This document shows, piece by piece, positions 28,207 to 38,877 of a DNA stretch of 64,000 bases (its first letter is position 1; every line of letters begins with the position of its first letter). The notes under the pieces are model-generated. The model was not told the origin of the DNA. It ran no database searches and saw only the letters and a list, made by a program, of their open reading frames with translations. The DNA is from Candidatus Zhuqueibacterota bacterium. GTDB taxonomy: Bacteria; Zhuqueibacterota; Zhuqueibacteria; Thermofontimicrobiales; Thermofontimicrobiaceae. Made by a program: the position numbers and the translations under genes. The stretch spans positions 160,001 to 224,000 of the forward strand of contig JBMOPW010000026.1 in the NCBI GenBank assembly GCA_049322915.1, given 5' to 3'.

Positions 28207-28682
28207 GCGTGGGGTCGACATTTTGTCTGTGCGCCGTCAGATTTTCCCGTTTACCTTTACAGTACCGGCAGGTCGCGTACGACTCAATCTTTCAAGCCAT
28301 GCAAGGGCAATTTTCAGACCGCACTCTCTGGTTGCTCCCGTCGTGCCGCAAGCGCTTTTGTTATTCTGACCCTGGAAAAACGCTTCTGCCTGATCCGTTA
28401 TCCTCCCGACCCGCTTGTAAATCAATTCATTTCTGCCGCAACTATTCTGCCTGGCTTTGCGTAGAAGCAAGTAATTTTTAAAGTCTACCGCGGGAATTCC
28501 CTGTCCCGATTTATCCAGCGCGGAGAAATGATTGGAACGTATTTTCCCGAATCGGTGATCGGTTGGCAAGCCTATCGTACTACAATTCAATTGACAATTA
28601 CAATTCCCTCATCGTGCTTTTCATAATAAAAAATAGTTAGCTTTGAACGTTTCACATCGAAGTGAACGTAACAGGAGGAACC

Positions 28683-29783
28683 ATGAAATTGAAAAAAGGG
28701 CGAGTGATCTGGATAGTCCTCGGTGTGCTGGTTGTGGCTATTGTCCTGGTGCTTGTTTTAACGAATAGAGGCAATGATAAAGATAGCAAACGGGCCACTG
28801 TGAAAGTTGAAAAGCGGAATATTGTCGAAAAAGCGCTGGCCGTTGGGACCATTGATCCTGAGACTGAAATCGAAATTAAATCGAAAATTTCCGGCGTGGT
28901 GAAGAAGCTATTTATCGATGCCGGCAGTTATGTGAAAGCCAACGAGCCGATGCTGGAGATCCGGCCTGATCCCACGCCGCTGGAATTGGCTGAAGCGAAA
29001 CGAAACGTTGAGATGACAGAAATTTCACTGGTGAACTCGAAAAGCGAATTCAATCGCCTGAAACAGTTGAAAGAGCAAGGGCTCATTTCCGAGACGGAAT
29101 TCGAGAATAGTCAGCAGAATTACCAGGAAGCGAATCTGCGCCAGGAGATGGCCATGGAGAAATTAGCCCTGCTGGAAAAAGGAAAAATCACCATTGCGAA
29201 TACAGCCATTGAGACGGTTGTCAAAGCGCCGACCGATGGATTTGTGCTGGAGAAATTGATCGATGTGGGCGATCCGGTGGTGCCGCTCACCTCGTATCAG
29301 GCCGGAACGGTTATGTTCACAGTTGCTGATATGAAGCGGCTGTTATTCAAAGGGACAGTGGATGAAATTGATGTCGGCAAACTGGCAGAAGGGATGAAAG
29401 CGGAAATTCAGGTGGGCGCGCTGCCCGGCAAGCCGGTGGAGGGAGTCCTGAACAAAATATCACTCAAGGCCCGCAAGGAAGATAATACCACTGTGTTTCC
29501 GGTCGAAATTCTGGTGCACCTGGATGAGAGTCAGGTGCTGCGCGCAGGCTACTCGGCCAATGCTAATATCATCATCCAGCAAAAAGACAGCGTGCTGGCA
29601 ATTCCCGAACGCACGATCACCTTTCGCAATGATTCGGCATTTGTCCTAATCCCGGAAGGCGAACAGGGGCATAAAGAAGTGGCCATTAAAACCGGTCTCA
29701 GCGATGCCATTTATATCGAAGTCATTTCCGGGCTGAAACTGGATCAGGAGGTGCTGGAGAAAGAAGTGCAGGAGATTAAATAA
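28683..29783 (+). CDS. MacA-like efflux periplasmic adaptor subunit
   Basis: N-terminal anchor, lipoyl-like halves (IKSKISG, KAPTDG), coiled hairpin, and TGLSD..IEVISGL; AGGAGG ribosome-binding site. Confidence 0.9.
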   Translation: MKLKKGRVIWIVLGVLVVAIVLVLVLTNRGNDKDSKRATVKVEKRNIVEKALAVGTIDPETEIEIKSKISGVVKKLFIDAGSYVKANEPMLEIRPDPTPLELAEAKRNVEMTEISLVNSKSEFNRLKQLKEQGLISETEFENSQQNYQEANLRQEMAMEKLALLEKGKITIANTAIETVVKAPTDGFVLEKLIDVGDPVVPLTSYQAGTVMFTVADMKRLLFKGTVDEIDVGKLAEGMKAEIQVGALPGKPVEGVLNKISLKARKEDNTTVFPVEILVHLDESQVLRAGYSANANIIIQQKDSVLAIPERTITFRNDSAFVLIPEGEQGHKEVAIKTGLSDAIYIEVISGLKLDQEVLEKEVQEIK

Positions 29784-29962
29784 CCGCGTCGGGCGATTTC
29801 GCCATTTTGAAATCGGCAGGTACAGCAGCAATGCCTGATCTTTGACGCGGCGGGACCGACAGGCAGTGTCCCGATGCAGCGCTGTAATGGATTGCATGAA
29901 AAATCCGAAGGCGCCGGCGAATTGCGTCGTTCATTTTTACATACTAACAGGATCATTCGATC

Positions 29963-31195
29963 ATGAAATTTTTCAATGATATTGGAGAATTTCTCCGCGA
30001 CTTGCGAACCCAGAAACTGAGGACATTCCTGACTATTTTTGGCATCACCTGGGGCACGGTGGCCATTGTGGTTCTCCTGGCGTTTGGAAATGGTTTTCAA
30101 AGTCAGACCATGAAAACCATGCGCGGGCTGGGAGACAGCATCATCCTGCTTTTCCCTGGAAAGACAGCGAAACCGTACATGGGGATGGGCAAAGAGCGAT
30201 GGATACGTCTTCGCGACGAAGATGCGGATTTGCTGAAGAGTGAAATATCGCTGATTCATCAGGTGAGCCCTGAATATTCCACATGGAGTGTGCCTGTCCG
30301 GCTCAACGATAAAGTGAAAAATCCCAACATCACCGGCATTATCCCGATCTATTCTGATATGCGCAATGTCTTCCCTCGTCCCGGCAGCCGATTCATCAAT
30401 GAACTGGATATCGAATTAAAGCGGCGCGTCATCTTTTTAGGCGATGAACTGGCGGCATTTCTCTTCGGGGAGGTCGATCCGGTCGGGAAGTATGTCCATG
30501 TGGGGAGGATTCCGTTTCTTGTCATCGGTGTGATGATCCAAAAAGAGCAGGACTCCTCCTATAATTCGCGCGACAAAGACCGGGCGTTCATCCCGTCCAC
30601 GACATTTGCCGCGCTCTTTGGCCATCATTACGTGAATAACATTGTCATCAAATCGATTCATCCTACCATGTCGCCGCAGGTCATCGACCAGGTGTATAAA
30701 GTGCTGGGGAAAAAATATCGATTCGATCCGACCGATAAAGAGGCGCTGAGCATCTGGGACACGCAGGAATTTCAGAAGATGGTCTGGTACATTTTTTTAG
30801 GGATGAATATTTTCATGGGGATTATTGGCTCCTTCACGCTGACTGTGGGCGGCATTGGCGTGGCGAATATCATGTACGTGGTAGTTCAGGAGCGAACCCG
30901 CGAGATCGGCATCAAGCGGTCGGTGGGCGCGAAGAAGCGGCATGTGATGCTCCAGTTCTTCGTCGAAACGTTTTTCATCGTTTTCATCGGCGCGTTCATC
31001 GGCACACTCATTTCCATCGGGATTTTATTGATCCTATCGATTCTGCCCATTGAAGAATTCGTTGGCACACCGTCGGTATCCTGGTGGGTTGCCGGCGCTG
31101 CAATCGGTATTTTGGCGGCAATTGGTTTTATTGCCGGCTTTTTCCCGGCGCGCAAAGCCGCCAACCTCGATGTCATTGAATGCCTCAGATATTGA
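29963..31195 (+). CDS. MacB/FtsX-type ABC permease
   Basis: RTFLTIFGITWG; GGIGVANIM..VQERTREIGI; PARKAA.LD.IECLRY. Confidence 0.92.
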   Translation: MKFFNDIGEFLRDLRTQKLRTFLTIFGITWGTVAIVVLLAFGNGFQSQTMKTMRGLGDSIILLFPGKTAKPYMGMGKERWIRLRDEDADLLKSEISLIHQVSPEYSTWSVPVRLNDKVKNPNITGIIPIYSDMRNVFPRPGSRFINELDIELKRRVIFLGDELAAFLFGEVDPVGKYVHVGRIPFLVIGVMIQKEQDSSYNSRDKDRAFIPSTTFAALFGHHYVNNIVIKSIHPTMSPQVIDQVYKVLGKKYRFDPTDKEALSIWDTQEFQKMVWYIFLGMNIFMGIIGSFTLTVGGIGVANIMYVVVQERTREIGIKRSVGAKKRHVMLQFFVETFFIVFIGAFIGTLISIGILLILSILPIEEFVGTPSVSWWVAGAAIGILAAIGFIAGFFPARKAANLDVIECLRY

Positions 31196-31338
31196 GCCCA
31201 TGTGACAGGATTCCCCTCCGCCGGAGAGCGGAGGGCTTTCGGGGATCGAATCCATGAGCCGCTTCCTGATCAGGGAAAATCCGGCGCTGCCCGATGAGCG
31301 CCAGTCGAAACGCATAAATTTAGAAAAGCGAGACTCCT

Positions 31339-32586
31339 ATGCCATTATGGATGTTGCTCAGTGACTTTTTCAATGATTTGAAAGTCAATAAAACCAGGGT
31401 ATTCCTGACCACATTTGCCATCACCTGGGGAACGCTGGCCATTGTCCTGCTGATGGCGTTCGGTCGCGGCTTTAAAACGCGAATCGTAACAAGCATGCTC
31501 AATGCCGGCAACCAGATCATTCATATTTACGGCGGTCAGACGAGCCTCAAATATCAGGGATTGCCCGAAGGCCGGTGGATTCGTTTCACCACGGAAGATG
31601 CGGATGTGATCAAACAGAGCATCCCGCAAATTCGGGAGGTGTCCCCAAGTTACGGCTGGTGGGGCGTGAGACTCAACTATCAAGGCAAAACTGCCTCAAC
31701 CTATCTGGAGGCGGTGTATCCGAATTTCGAATTCATTCGCACCATGTATCCCAAAGCCGGCGGCCGCTTTTTGAATGAAAAAGATCTGGATGAAAAACGG
31801 CGGACGATATTTTTGGGCTCGGTCATCACGAAGGAGCTATTTGGGGATGAAGACCCCATTGGAAAGACAGTGATGCTGGACGGAGTTCCCTTCACACTGG
31901 TCGGCGTGATGCAGAAAAAAATGCAGATGGGCATGAGCAACGGCCCGGATGACCGGCGCGCCATCATTCCCTTCACCACATTCGAGTCCCTGTATCCGCA
32001 TCGGTTCCTGAGAATGATCACCATCCAGCCCAATCGATTGACTGATACGGAATTGATCAGGTCCGAACTGTTCCGCGTGTTGGGCAAAAAGCTTCGCTTT
32101 GATCCAAAGGACAAAGAGGCCATTGACATGTGGGATTTTGTCAGCAATATCAAAGAGATGAGTAAGATTTTTACCGGCATTGAGATTTTTATGGGAGTCA
32201 TTGGCGGGCTGACGTTGCTCGTGGCCGGCGTTGGAGTGGCCAATATCATGTACGTCGTGGTGAAAGAACGAACGCGGGAGATCGGGATCAAGTTGGCTGT
32301 TGGCGCCCGGTCAAAACATATCATTCTGCAATTCATTTTCGAATCCGTGCTCATTGCATTTATGGGCGGCGCCATCGGAATACTCCTCTCCTGGGGGCTG
32401 GTGGAAGTTTTTACGATGATACCTATCCAAAACGAAGGACTCGCCTATCTGGGCAAGCCTCAAATATCCCGGGCGGTATTACTCACTACAACGATGATTC
32501 TGGGGAGCATTGGCATTGTGGCCGGCGTTTTCCCTGCGAGAAAAGCGGCAAAGCTGGATCCTGTGGAAAGTCTGCGGTACGAGTGA
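31339..32586 (+). CDS. MacB/FtsX-type ABC permease (paralog)
   Basis: Same motifs; ends PARKAAKLDPVESLRYE. Confidence 0.92.
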   Translation: MPLWMLLSDFFNDLKVNKTRVFLTTFAITWGTLAIVLLMAFGRGFKTRIVTSMLNAGNQIIHIYGGQTSLKYQGLPEGRWIRFTTEDADVIKQSIPQIREVSPSYGWWGVRLNYQGKTASTYLEAVYPNFEFIRTMYPKAGGRFLNEKDLDEKRRTIFLGSVITKELFGDEDPIGKTVMLDGVPFTLVGVMQKKMQMGMSNGPDDRRAIIPFTTFESLYPHRFLRMITIQPNRLTDTELIRSELFRVLGKKLRFDPKDKEAIDMWDFVSNIKEMSKIFTGIEIFMGVIGGLTLLVAGVGVANIMYVVVKERTREIGIKLAVGARSKHIILQFIFESVLIAFMGGAIGILLSWGLVEVFTMIPIQNEGLAYLGKPQISRAVLLTTTMILGSIGIVAGVFPARKAAKLDPVESLRYE

Positions 32587-32688
32587 CATGGGTATGGATG
32601 TAATTTCCATTAAAAACTGAGCTAATTTTCCGGCTGAAAATGGAGCCACTCCAATCAAAAATAATTAGTAAATTCCTCTAATAATGCT

Positions 32689-32850
32689 TGAACTGGAATT
32701 GGAATTTTCCTCAAAAATTGTTCTATTGTAAAAATTCAAAACAGAAGGAAATCCATGACTGAGAACCGACGAACATTTACACCAGAACAAAAAGTAAGAA
32801 TTTTAAATGAACACTTGATCAACCGAAAACCGCTTTCAGATAGCTGTTAA
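32689..32850 (+). mobile_element. IS3-family left-end remnant, copy 1 (truncated OrfA)
   Basis: Begins TGAACTG; 32755-32850 encodes MTENRRTFTPEQKVRILNEHLINRKPLSD, an HTH_Tnp_1-like N-terminus. 32701-32842 is directly repeated at 33875-34016. Confidence 0.65.
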
Positions 32851-32853
32851 TTT

Positions 32854-33828
32854 TTATAGCTTGGGTAATGGATACTTCTCAACAATCCAACCCTGTTCAT
32901 CATTTGGATAGACACAAAAGATGAATTGATCACTTTCAATTGACATTTTATAAGCGAATAACTCTAATTTTTGTACTGGCTTTCCATTTGTGTCAAAACG
33001 ATAAAATCGTCCACTATGCACTATATGGTCTCCATTAAGAGTAACCCCAATACCACCAAAAATACCAGTTGTCGCCTGGGGCATTGTTTTAATTCGTTCG
33101 TTCTGGTTTTTCATCGATTCCTGAACTTCAGGTATATTGCTGATGTCTTTTTCATAGATCAGGTTATGATTGCGATCATATTTACGGACAACAGGATAAG
33201 ACAGAAATAGCACATACATATTATCATCTTTGTCTAAATCAAAAAAGGTAATATTCATTTTTTTTGCCCGACGCTTATCACCGGAATAAATATAATCTCC
33301 AATTGATTTAAGATAGTGTCCATCATTCGAATAGACATCTATTAGTTTTCCTTTATACGGATAATTAAAATAAATATTTCCCATCGAATCTAATCTTAAA
33401 GTTGCTGAACTGCCAAAATCAATTCCTCGTGGCTTGAATTCTCTCACTATATTCCCATTATGATCAAAGATTTGCACTCGGTAATTACTTCCATCCAGAA
33501 CATAAATTTGATTACAACTATCGATATCGAATGCGGTAGGGTGAATGAATTCCCCCGGGCCCTGTCCAGAGCGACCAAATTCCAATAAAAAATGTCCGTC
33601 TTTATTGAATTTAACAATGCGATTGTTACCGCTATCTAATACATAAATGTTGCTCTCGCTATCTACGAGGACACCTTTCACTTGATGAAATGCTTCATGT
33701 TTATCATCCAATTTTCCTAATGTCAATATTGGTTCTGGTTTTATACACGGGATATCTTTATACTCCGAACAGAAGAATTGGGAAAGTATAATGAAGAATA
33801 GCAGCAGAGCAAATAGATTTTTTTTCAT
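32854..33828 (-). CDS. NHL / 6-bladed beta-propeller lipoprotein
   Basis: Leader ending FF-C; IYVLDSGNNRIVKF, FGRSGQGPGEF and IYVLDGSNYRVQIFD repeats; AT-rich. Confidence 0.88.
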   Translation of the reverse strand: MKKNLFALLLFFIILSQFFCSEYKDIPCIKPEPILTLGKLDDKHEAFHQVKGVLVDSESNIYVLDSGNNRIVKFNKDGHFLLEFGRSGQGPGEFIHPTAFDIDSCNQIYVLDGSNYRVQIFDHNGNIVREFKPRGIDFGSSATLRLDSMGNIYFNYPYKGKLIDVYSNDGHYLKSIGDYIYSGDKRRAKKMNITFFDLDKDDNMYVLFLSYPVVRKYDRNHNLIYEKDISNIPEVQESMKNQNERIKTMPQATTGIFGGIGVTLNGDHIVHSGRFYRFDTNGKPVQKLELFAYKMSIESDQFIFCVYPNDEQGWIVEKYPLPKL

Positions 33829-33863
33829 CGATTTTTAACTCCTTATTATTGTTCTATAATGCT

Positions 33864-34080
33864 TGAGGGGAATAGGAATTTTCCTCAAAAATTGTTCTAT
33901 TGTAAACATTCAAAACAGAGGGAAATCCATGGCTGAGAACCGACGAACATTTACACCAGAATAAAAAGTAAGAATTTTAAATGAACACTTGATCGACCGC
34001 TAACCGCTTTCAGATATTTGCGATGCGAATCAGGTGCGACCCGTTGGGATTTCTATCCCAATCAGAAGCATTTGTTGGGT
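33864..34080 (+). mobile_element. IS3-family left-end remnant, copy 2 (OrfA pseudogene)
   Basis: From ATG 33929: MAENRRTFTPE*KVRILNEHLIDR*PLSDICDANQVRP, with two nonsense codons. Confidence 0.65.
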
Positions 34081-34301
34081 TCTTCACATTTGACCCCATC
34101 AGAAAGTTATTCTGTAGTAACACGTTTGCATTTCAGCGACCTGATTTATTTAATTATATTATTGAAAGTTGTCTCTATAATTTTAGCACTACCACTGTCG
34201 AAGTTGGGCGTATCCTGACTCTTCTTAAAATCGTTACTATCGCTCAGGATTTTGAGCCACTCTTAAAGCGCTCCCGGCCTTCACCGGGAGCGCTATTTTC
34301 A

Positions 34302-37300
34302 TCACTCGATCTTCATCATCTTGCAACTTGATTGCCATTCGCCGGCTTTAATCATCATGAAATAGACGCCGGAGGGCGCTTGCTCGCCGATTCCGTTAGC
34401 GCCATCCCAGATCAGTTGATGGTACCCGGCTTCCCGCTTCTCGTCCACCAGCGTCCGGATTTCTTTTCCCAGCACATTGAAAATTTGAAGCTTCACGTGT
34501 CGTGCTTCAGGCAACTGGAATGAAATTCGCGTTTCAGGGTTGAACGGATTGGGATAATTCTGGGACAATTTGAATTGGCCCGGCAGGTTCGCTAATTCCG
34601 GATTTTCGAAGCTCACGTTCGTCTTCGCGAAGTTCGCCAGCGATACATCATTGATGCTGCCACTGGAAATTTCAACGCTTGCCAGCGCGTCCGCTTTTTC
34701 CGGCTCTTGGACATCGAACACCAGCCAGAGCACTTCGCCGTCTGTTTGCACGCCTTCAGCGCCCAGCATGGCGACATGAACAACCCCTGTTTCCGTCGCG
34801 TTGGTTTCAACAAGAAATTCGCTTGTCAAATCTGTCAGTTGGATCGATTGAAAAGACAGGATAGATGCATCATAGTTAAAACTCAGCGACAAGGTATTCA
34901 CTTTCTCACCCGCGGTTTTCGCGAAAAGGGGAATTCTCACCTGGGACGCCCGGTAGCCACTCACAGCCGGCATTTCCAGTGTGACATTGGACGCCCGTCC
35001 GACAGGCGAGCCTTTTTTCACCGCTTCGATTTCAGCCAATTCCGGCGTCCAGTTCAGCGTGGCATCTCCGAGGACATACGCTTTGAAATCCACGGTTTTA
35101 TGGCCGTCGAGTGTGACGCTTGCTGATTCGGGAATAAAACGCCACTGTCCGGTCGACGCGATGCTGATCGGAAAATAGGCGATGAAACGCAATATCGCTT
35201 TCACATCGGCCCGGGTCACCTGGCCATCTTCATCGACATCGGCGGCGAACATTTCATCTTCAGTCAGAGTCGTGCCGTATTTGATGTACTGATACATATA
35301 AAGCGCATCCGAGCTGGTCACTGCGCCTCTTCCGCCGCCTTCGCGCGAGGGCGACAACGTAACATCACCGGCCAAGATATTTTCAAATGAATAGGCCCCG
35401 GCGTCGTCCGTCACATCCGTGCCGGCTCCTTCCGGATGGGTGATGGTCACCGTTACATCCGGCACAGGCTGTTCTTTGCTGTCGTAAATCACTGTCCCGG
35501 CGACCTGATAGCGTTCTTCAAAAGCCAGGTACAGCACCGCGCCGTCGTGATCCGAGCAGCGCAGCGACGTGGAACCATCGTTTTCGTAGTGCAAAGGAAC
35601 ATCGGAGTTGGCGCGCGCGAATTGTAGCCCGGTGAATACATCATCCAGGGCGTGTGACGTTAAAAAATGGTCCAGCACCTGGGCGCTGTTGCTGAAGTTG
35701 TACGAATAGCGCCGGCTCTGGCTCACCGAAAACACCCTGTTTTGCAGGTCCGGATTCACTTCGTCCGTGCCGGGAATTTTGGCTTCGGATGCACTTGCCG
35801 GCTGGCCCATAATCTGGCCCAGCACGTGCACATACCCATCAGTGAATTCGAACGCATTGAAATCGCCGCACACGACAAGATTGACATCCGAATTGGAATT
35901 TTGAATATCCTGAATCATCCGTGAAACCGAAGTGGCCTGTTCATGCCGTTTCTGCTGAACGCGGTCATCCTCGATGTCATTCATGGAGCGCAGATGGAGA
36001 TTCATCACCTCAATGGCATTGCCGTTGGCAAATTCTGCTTCCAATAGCAGCGGCGGCCGATCGTGCAGCAACGATCCATCGTACGAGAAAAGTTCACCGG
36101 CACCCAACTGGGTCACGGCGTTTACCAGCACCCCGGTTCGAACAAGAAATCCCACATCGATGCCGCTGACATCATTGCCCTCGATGAGGTAGGCAGCGTA
36201 ATCCACGGACGCGTCGTCATTTCTGATTTTATCAGCCAGATCGTGCAGCGCGTCAATGGCGCCGGCTTCCTGTACCGCAAGAATTTCCGGAGCGAGCATC
36301 TGGTTTCGGATGTACATGGAAAATTTATTCAACCGATCCTGGTAGCCTTCAGAATTTGGTTCATTCTGAAATAGGCGCAGCATATTCAACGTGCCCACGG
36401 TGACTTCGCCATTTTCGCGGTTTCGCACTGCCGAGGGCATGGACGGCGTGTCCGTAATCGTCAGGGACGTCGGCCAGATTTGATAATCACCGAATGAAAA
36501 ACCCAGGCAACCTGTCGCCGTAAGTGTTGTGCCGGCAAACATCTCTTCATCCGCCAGTCCAAGCCTGTCCGGGTCAATTTCGAAAATCTCAGGATTGCCG
36601 TCCCACACCGGCAGACCGGATTCCCCGGGGTATTCAATCCCCTCTTCGCGGAAGACGCGGGCGTCTTTCGCCACGATGGGCGAGATGTTGTATTCGTCGC
36701 TGGCTGCTGTCGCAGTGGCGTCTTGCACTTCCACCAGCATCCCTTCGAACCGCTCCATCTCATTTTCCGGCCAGGGCTGATTTGGCGATGGAACATTTTC
36801 ATCGAACTGCACCGCAGCCGGCAGCGGATTCCCGGACGAAACGAATGTTATTTCCGGGTCGCTGGAAAATTCTGTCATTTCATAATATTCCTGAATTTCA
36901 CCGGTGATGTTCACCCAGTCGCCGACCGCAACCGCCGGAGATGAACCGGTGTAGACAAACAATCCGTCCGAGGTTACGATGTCGCCGTCCGAGCGCGCTG
37001 CTGGCGTTTGCACGAAAAATCCATCCGGGCCGACCGCCGTAACCACGTTATTTTCGGTCGTGACTGTTTGATCAGCGTACGGACTGGACATGCCGGCGCC
37101 CTGGATTTGGTAAATTTCCAGCGCTGGGATTATTATGGCATGGCCGGGAAACCGTGAGCCGTCAATCCGGGTTCCCGGGGAGAAAAGCGCTCCGCCGGAC
37201 CCGGTTGCTGTGGAATGCTTCAGCAGCGGCTCCGGCCCGGTAATGTCCGGGTCGCGCGTGAGGGATTGGTTATCATTGCCCTCGGAACCGTAGGTGTAAA

Positions 37301-38633
37301 CCGTTACATTGGCGGTTCCGTTGTTCAGCGTGACAGTGTCGCCGGTGTTGTTGAGCCCCAACTGGCCGCTGCTCGCTATTTGAACGATGGCGCCGCCAAA
37401 ACTGCCGGTGGGCGTTCCGCCGGCAAATATCACAACCGCGCCCTGGTGCGGAATCACAGTGCCGCTGGGGAACGTGTGCCGCGCCGAAACGCCATCCGCC
37501 AATGTCCAGCCGGAAATATCCTGGCTCGCGCCGGAATTATTGACGATTTCCACGAATTCATCTTCGGTGGTGTTCACCGCGCCGTCGCTATTGGCGTCGC
37601 CGGCGCTGGCATCTGGATCGGCTAAAATTTCGTTGATCACCCACACGCCGGTGGGCAGCGCCGTGGTGAAGGAAAAGGTGTAGTCCGCGGCCATGTTATC
37701 CGGCGGATCGTCCTGATCCGCGTCAGTCACGGACACCGCGAATACAGTGACCGTCACGGTTTCGCCATTGGAGAAATCGACATCAGGATTCAAGATGAAA
37801 CTTACAGGTCCGCTGCTCACCGAGGCGGTGTGCGTCCCGCTTTCCGAGCCGGAAATATCGTACCAGCCGGCAGCCACACTCACGTCCTTGCTGAAATTGA
37901 TGGTAATGTCCGAGTCAACGGCAATACCGATCGCGCTGTTGGAGGGCGTTGTGCCGCTCACCGATGGCGCGATGTCCACACCGCCGACAAACGACTGACC
38001 GTTGTTGAACGCGCCGAACGTTTCGGCCGCTGATCCATTCCAGACGAAATCTTCGTAATAGCTGCCGCTTCCGCCCAATTGGAGCGAAGTGCCAACCGCG
38101 GCGTTGCTCGCCTCGGAAACGCCGATGTCCGAGCTTGTCATTCCGCTCGCCGGGCCGTCCGTGGCTTCGAACGAACCTTCGAAACTGAGAAACTGAATGA
38201 CATTGTTCGACGCATCGACGAGCGCTATACCGTCCGGGGCGCCGTTTTGCAGGCCGTTCACCAGAAAGTACACGACGATGACGCCAAAACCGCCGCCGTT
38301 ATCCGGGATGGTTCCGCTCAACACATCCGATCCTTCCGGATCTGCTGCCGGAGATGTGTACATCGCGCCCCCGGAACCGTTGTAGCGAATGATGCGCCAG
38401 CCGGTCACATCCGTGCCGGCCGGGCCGGCGATTTCCACAGCCTCAGCCTGGTCGGTGCCGTCATTGTCGTAATGAATTTCATTGATAAACACCGGCGTCT
38501 GGGCCAGAACCATGTGCGCCTGACCGAATAAAAGTCCGGCCACCAGCAATAAAATTGCCAGATACGTTTTTGTTTTCTCTGTAAGGAATGAATGCGCTCC
38601 TCCGGAGGAATTTTTCTTTGAAAAAATTTCCAT
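34302..38633 (-). CDS. Secreted ExeM/NucH-like nuclease (LTD, Ig, OB, EEP) with dockerin-like, cohesin-like and FlgD/T9SS-like C-terminal domains
   Basis: VFINEIHYDN and WVINEILAD (LTD); IYQIQG (OB); AVQE, VCGDFN, LDH and SDHD (EEP); AADVDEDGQVTRAD (dockerin-like); SFNYDASIL (cohesin-like); SQNYPNPFNP. Confidence 0.85.
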   Translation of the reverse strand: MEIFSKKNSSGGAHSFLTEKTKTYLAILLLVAGLLFGQAHMVLAQTPVFINEIHYDNDGTDQAEAVEIAGPAGTDVTGWRIIRYNGSGGAMYTSPAADPEGSDVLSGTIPDNGGGFGVIVVYFLVNGLQNGAPDGIALVDASNNVIQFLSFEGSFEATDGPASGMTSSDIGVSEASNAAVGTSLQLGGSGSYYEDFVWNGSAAETFGAFNNGQSFVGGVDIAPSVSGTTPSNSAIGIAVDSDITINFSKDVSVAAGWYDISGSESGTHTASVSSGPVSFILNPDVDFSNGETVTVTVFAVSVTDADQDDPPDNMAADYTFSFTTALPTGVWVINEILADPDASAGDANSDGAVNTTEDEFVEIVNNSGASQDISGWTLADGVSARHTFPSGTVIPHQGAVVIFAGGTPTGSFGGAIVQIASSGQLGLNNTGDTVTLNNGTANVTVYTYGSEGNDNQSLTRDPDITGPEPLLKHSTATGSGGALFSPGTRIDGSRFPGHAIIIPALEIYQIQGAGMSSPYADQTVTTENNVVTAVGPDGFFVQTPAARSDGDIVTSDGLFVYTGSSPAVAVGDWVNITGEIQEYYEMTEFSSDPEITFVSSGNPLPAAVQFDENVPSPNQPWPENEMERFEGMLVEVQDATATAASDEYNISPIVAKDARVFREEGIEYPGESGLPVWDGNPEIFEIDPDRLGLADEEMFAGTTLTATGCLGFSFGDYQIWPTSLTITDTPSMPSAVRNRENGEVTVGTLNMLRLFQNEPNSEGYQDRLNKFSMYIRNQMLAPEILAVQEAGAIDALHDLADKIRNDDASVDYAAYLIEGNDVSGIDVGFLVRTGVLVNAVTQLGAGELFSYDGSLLHDRPPLLLEAEFANGNAIEVMNLHLRSMNDIEDDRVQQKRHEQATSVSRMIQDIQNSNSDVNLVVCGDFNAFEFTDGYVHVLGQIMGQPASASEAKIPGTDEVNPDLQNRVFSVSQSRRYSYNFSNSAQVLDHFLTSHALDDVFTGLQFARANSDVPLHYENDGSTSLRCSDHDGAVLYLAFEERYQVAGTVIYDSKEQPVPDVTVTITHPEGAGTDVTDDAGAYSFENILAGDVTLSPSREGGGRGAVTSSDALYMYQYIKYGTTLTEDEMFAADVDEDGQVTRADVKAILRFIAYFPISIASTGQWRFIPESASVTLDGHKTVDFKAYVLGDATLNWTPELAEIEAVKKGSPVGRASNVTLEMPAVSGYRASQVRIPLFAKTAGEKVNTLSLSFNYDASILSFQSIQLTDLTSEFLVETNATETGVVHVAMLGAEGVQTDGEVLWLVFDVQEPEKADALASVEISSGSINDVSLANFAKTNVSFENPELANLPGQFKLSQNYPNPFNPETRISFQLPEARHVKLQIFNVLGKEIRTLVDEKREAGYHQLIWDGANGIGEQAPSGVYFMMIKAGEWQSSCKMMKIE

Positions 38634-38709
38634 AGCAACTCCTTTCTGTTTGATTGAAATGGATTCAATGATTTGTTAAAACTCACACCAAACTTCGGGA
38701 ACACACCTT

Positions 38710-38872
38710 ACCTGAATTATTCATGAACTTGCTCAGAATTTGAGTCAACTTTCAGATTTTCAATTAGCTAAAATCTGAGCTATTTTGAAACTCAGTTTTT
38801 GTACGTTTATTCTAAAAAGAGCACCATTCAGGTTAGCCAGCCTCCTTAAAAAATACTATGAATAATGCAGGC
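38710..38872 (+). mobile_element. 163-bp MITE-like element, copy 3
   Basis: Same sequence family and length as 4123-4285; flanked by TT/TT. Confidence 0.85.
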
Positions 38873-38877
38873 TTAAG

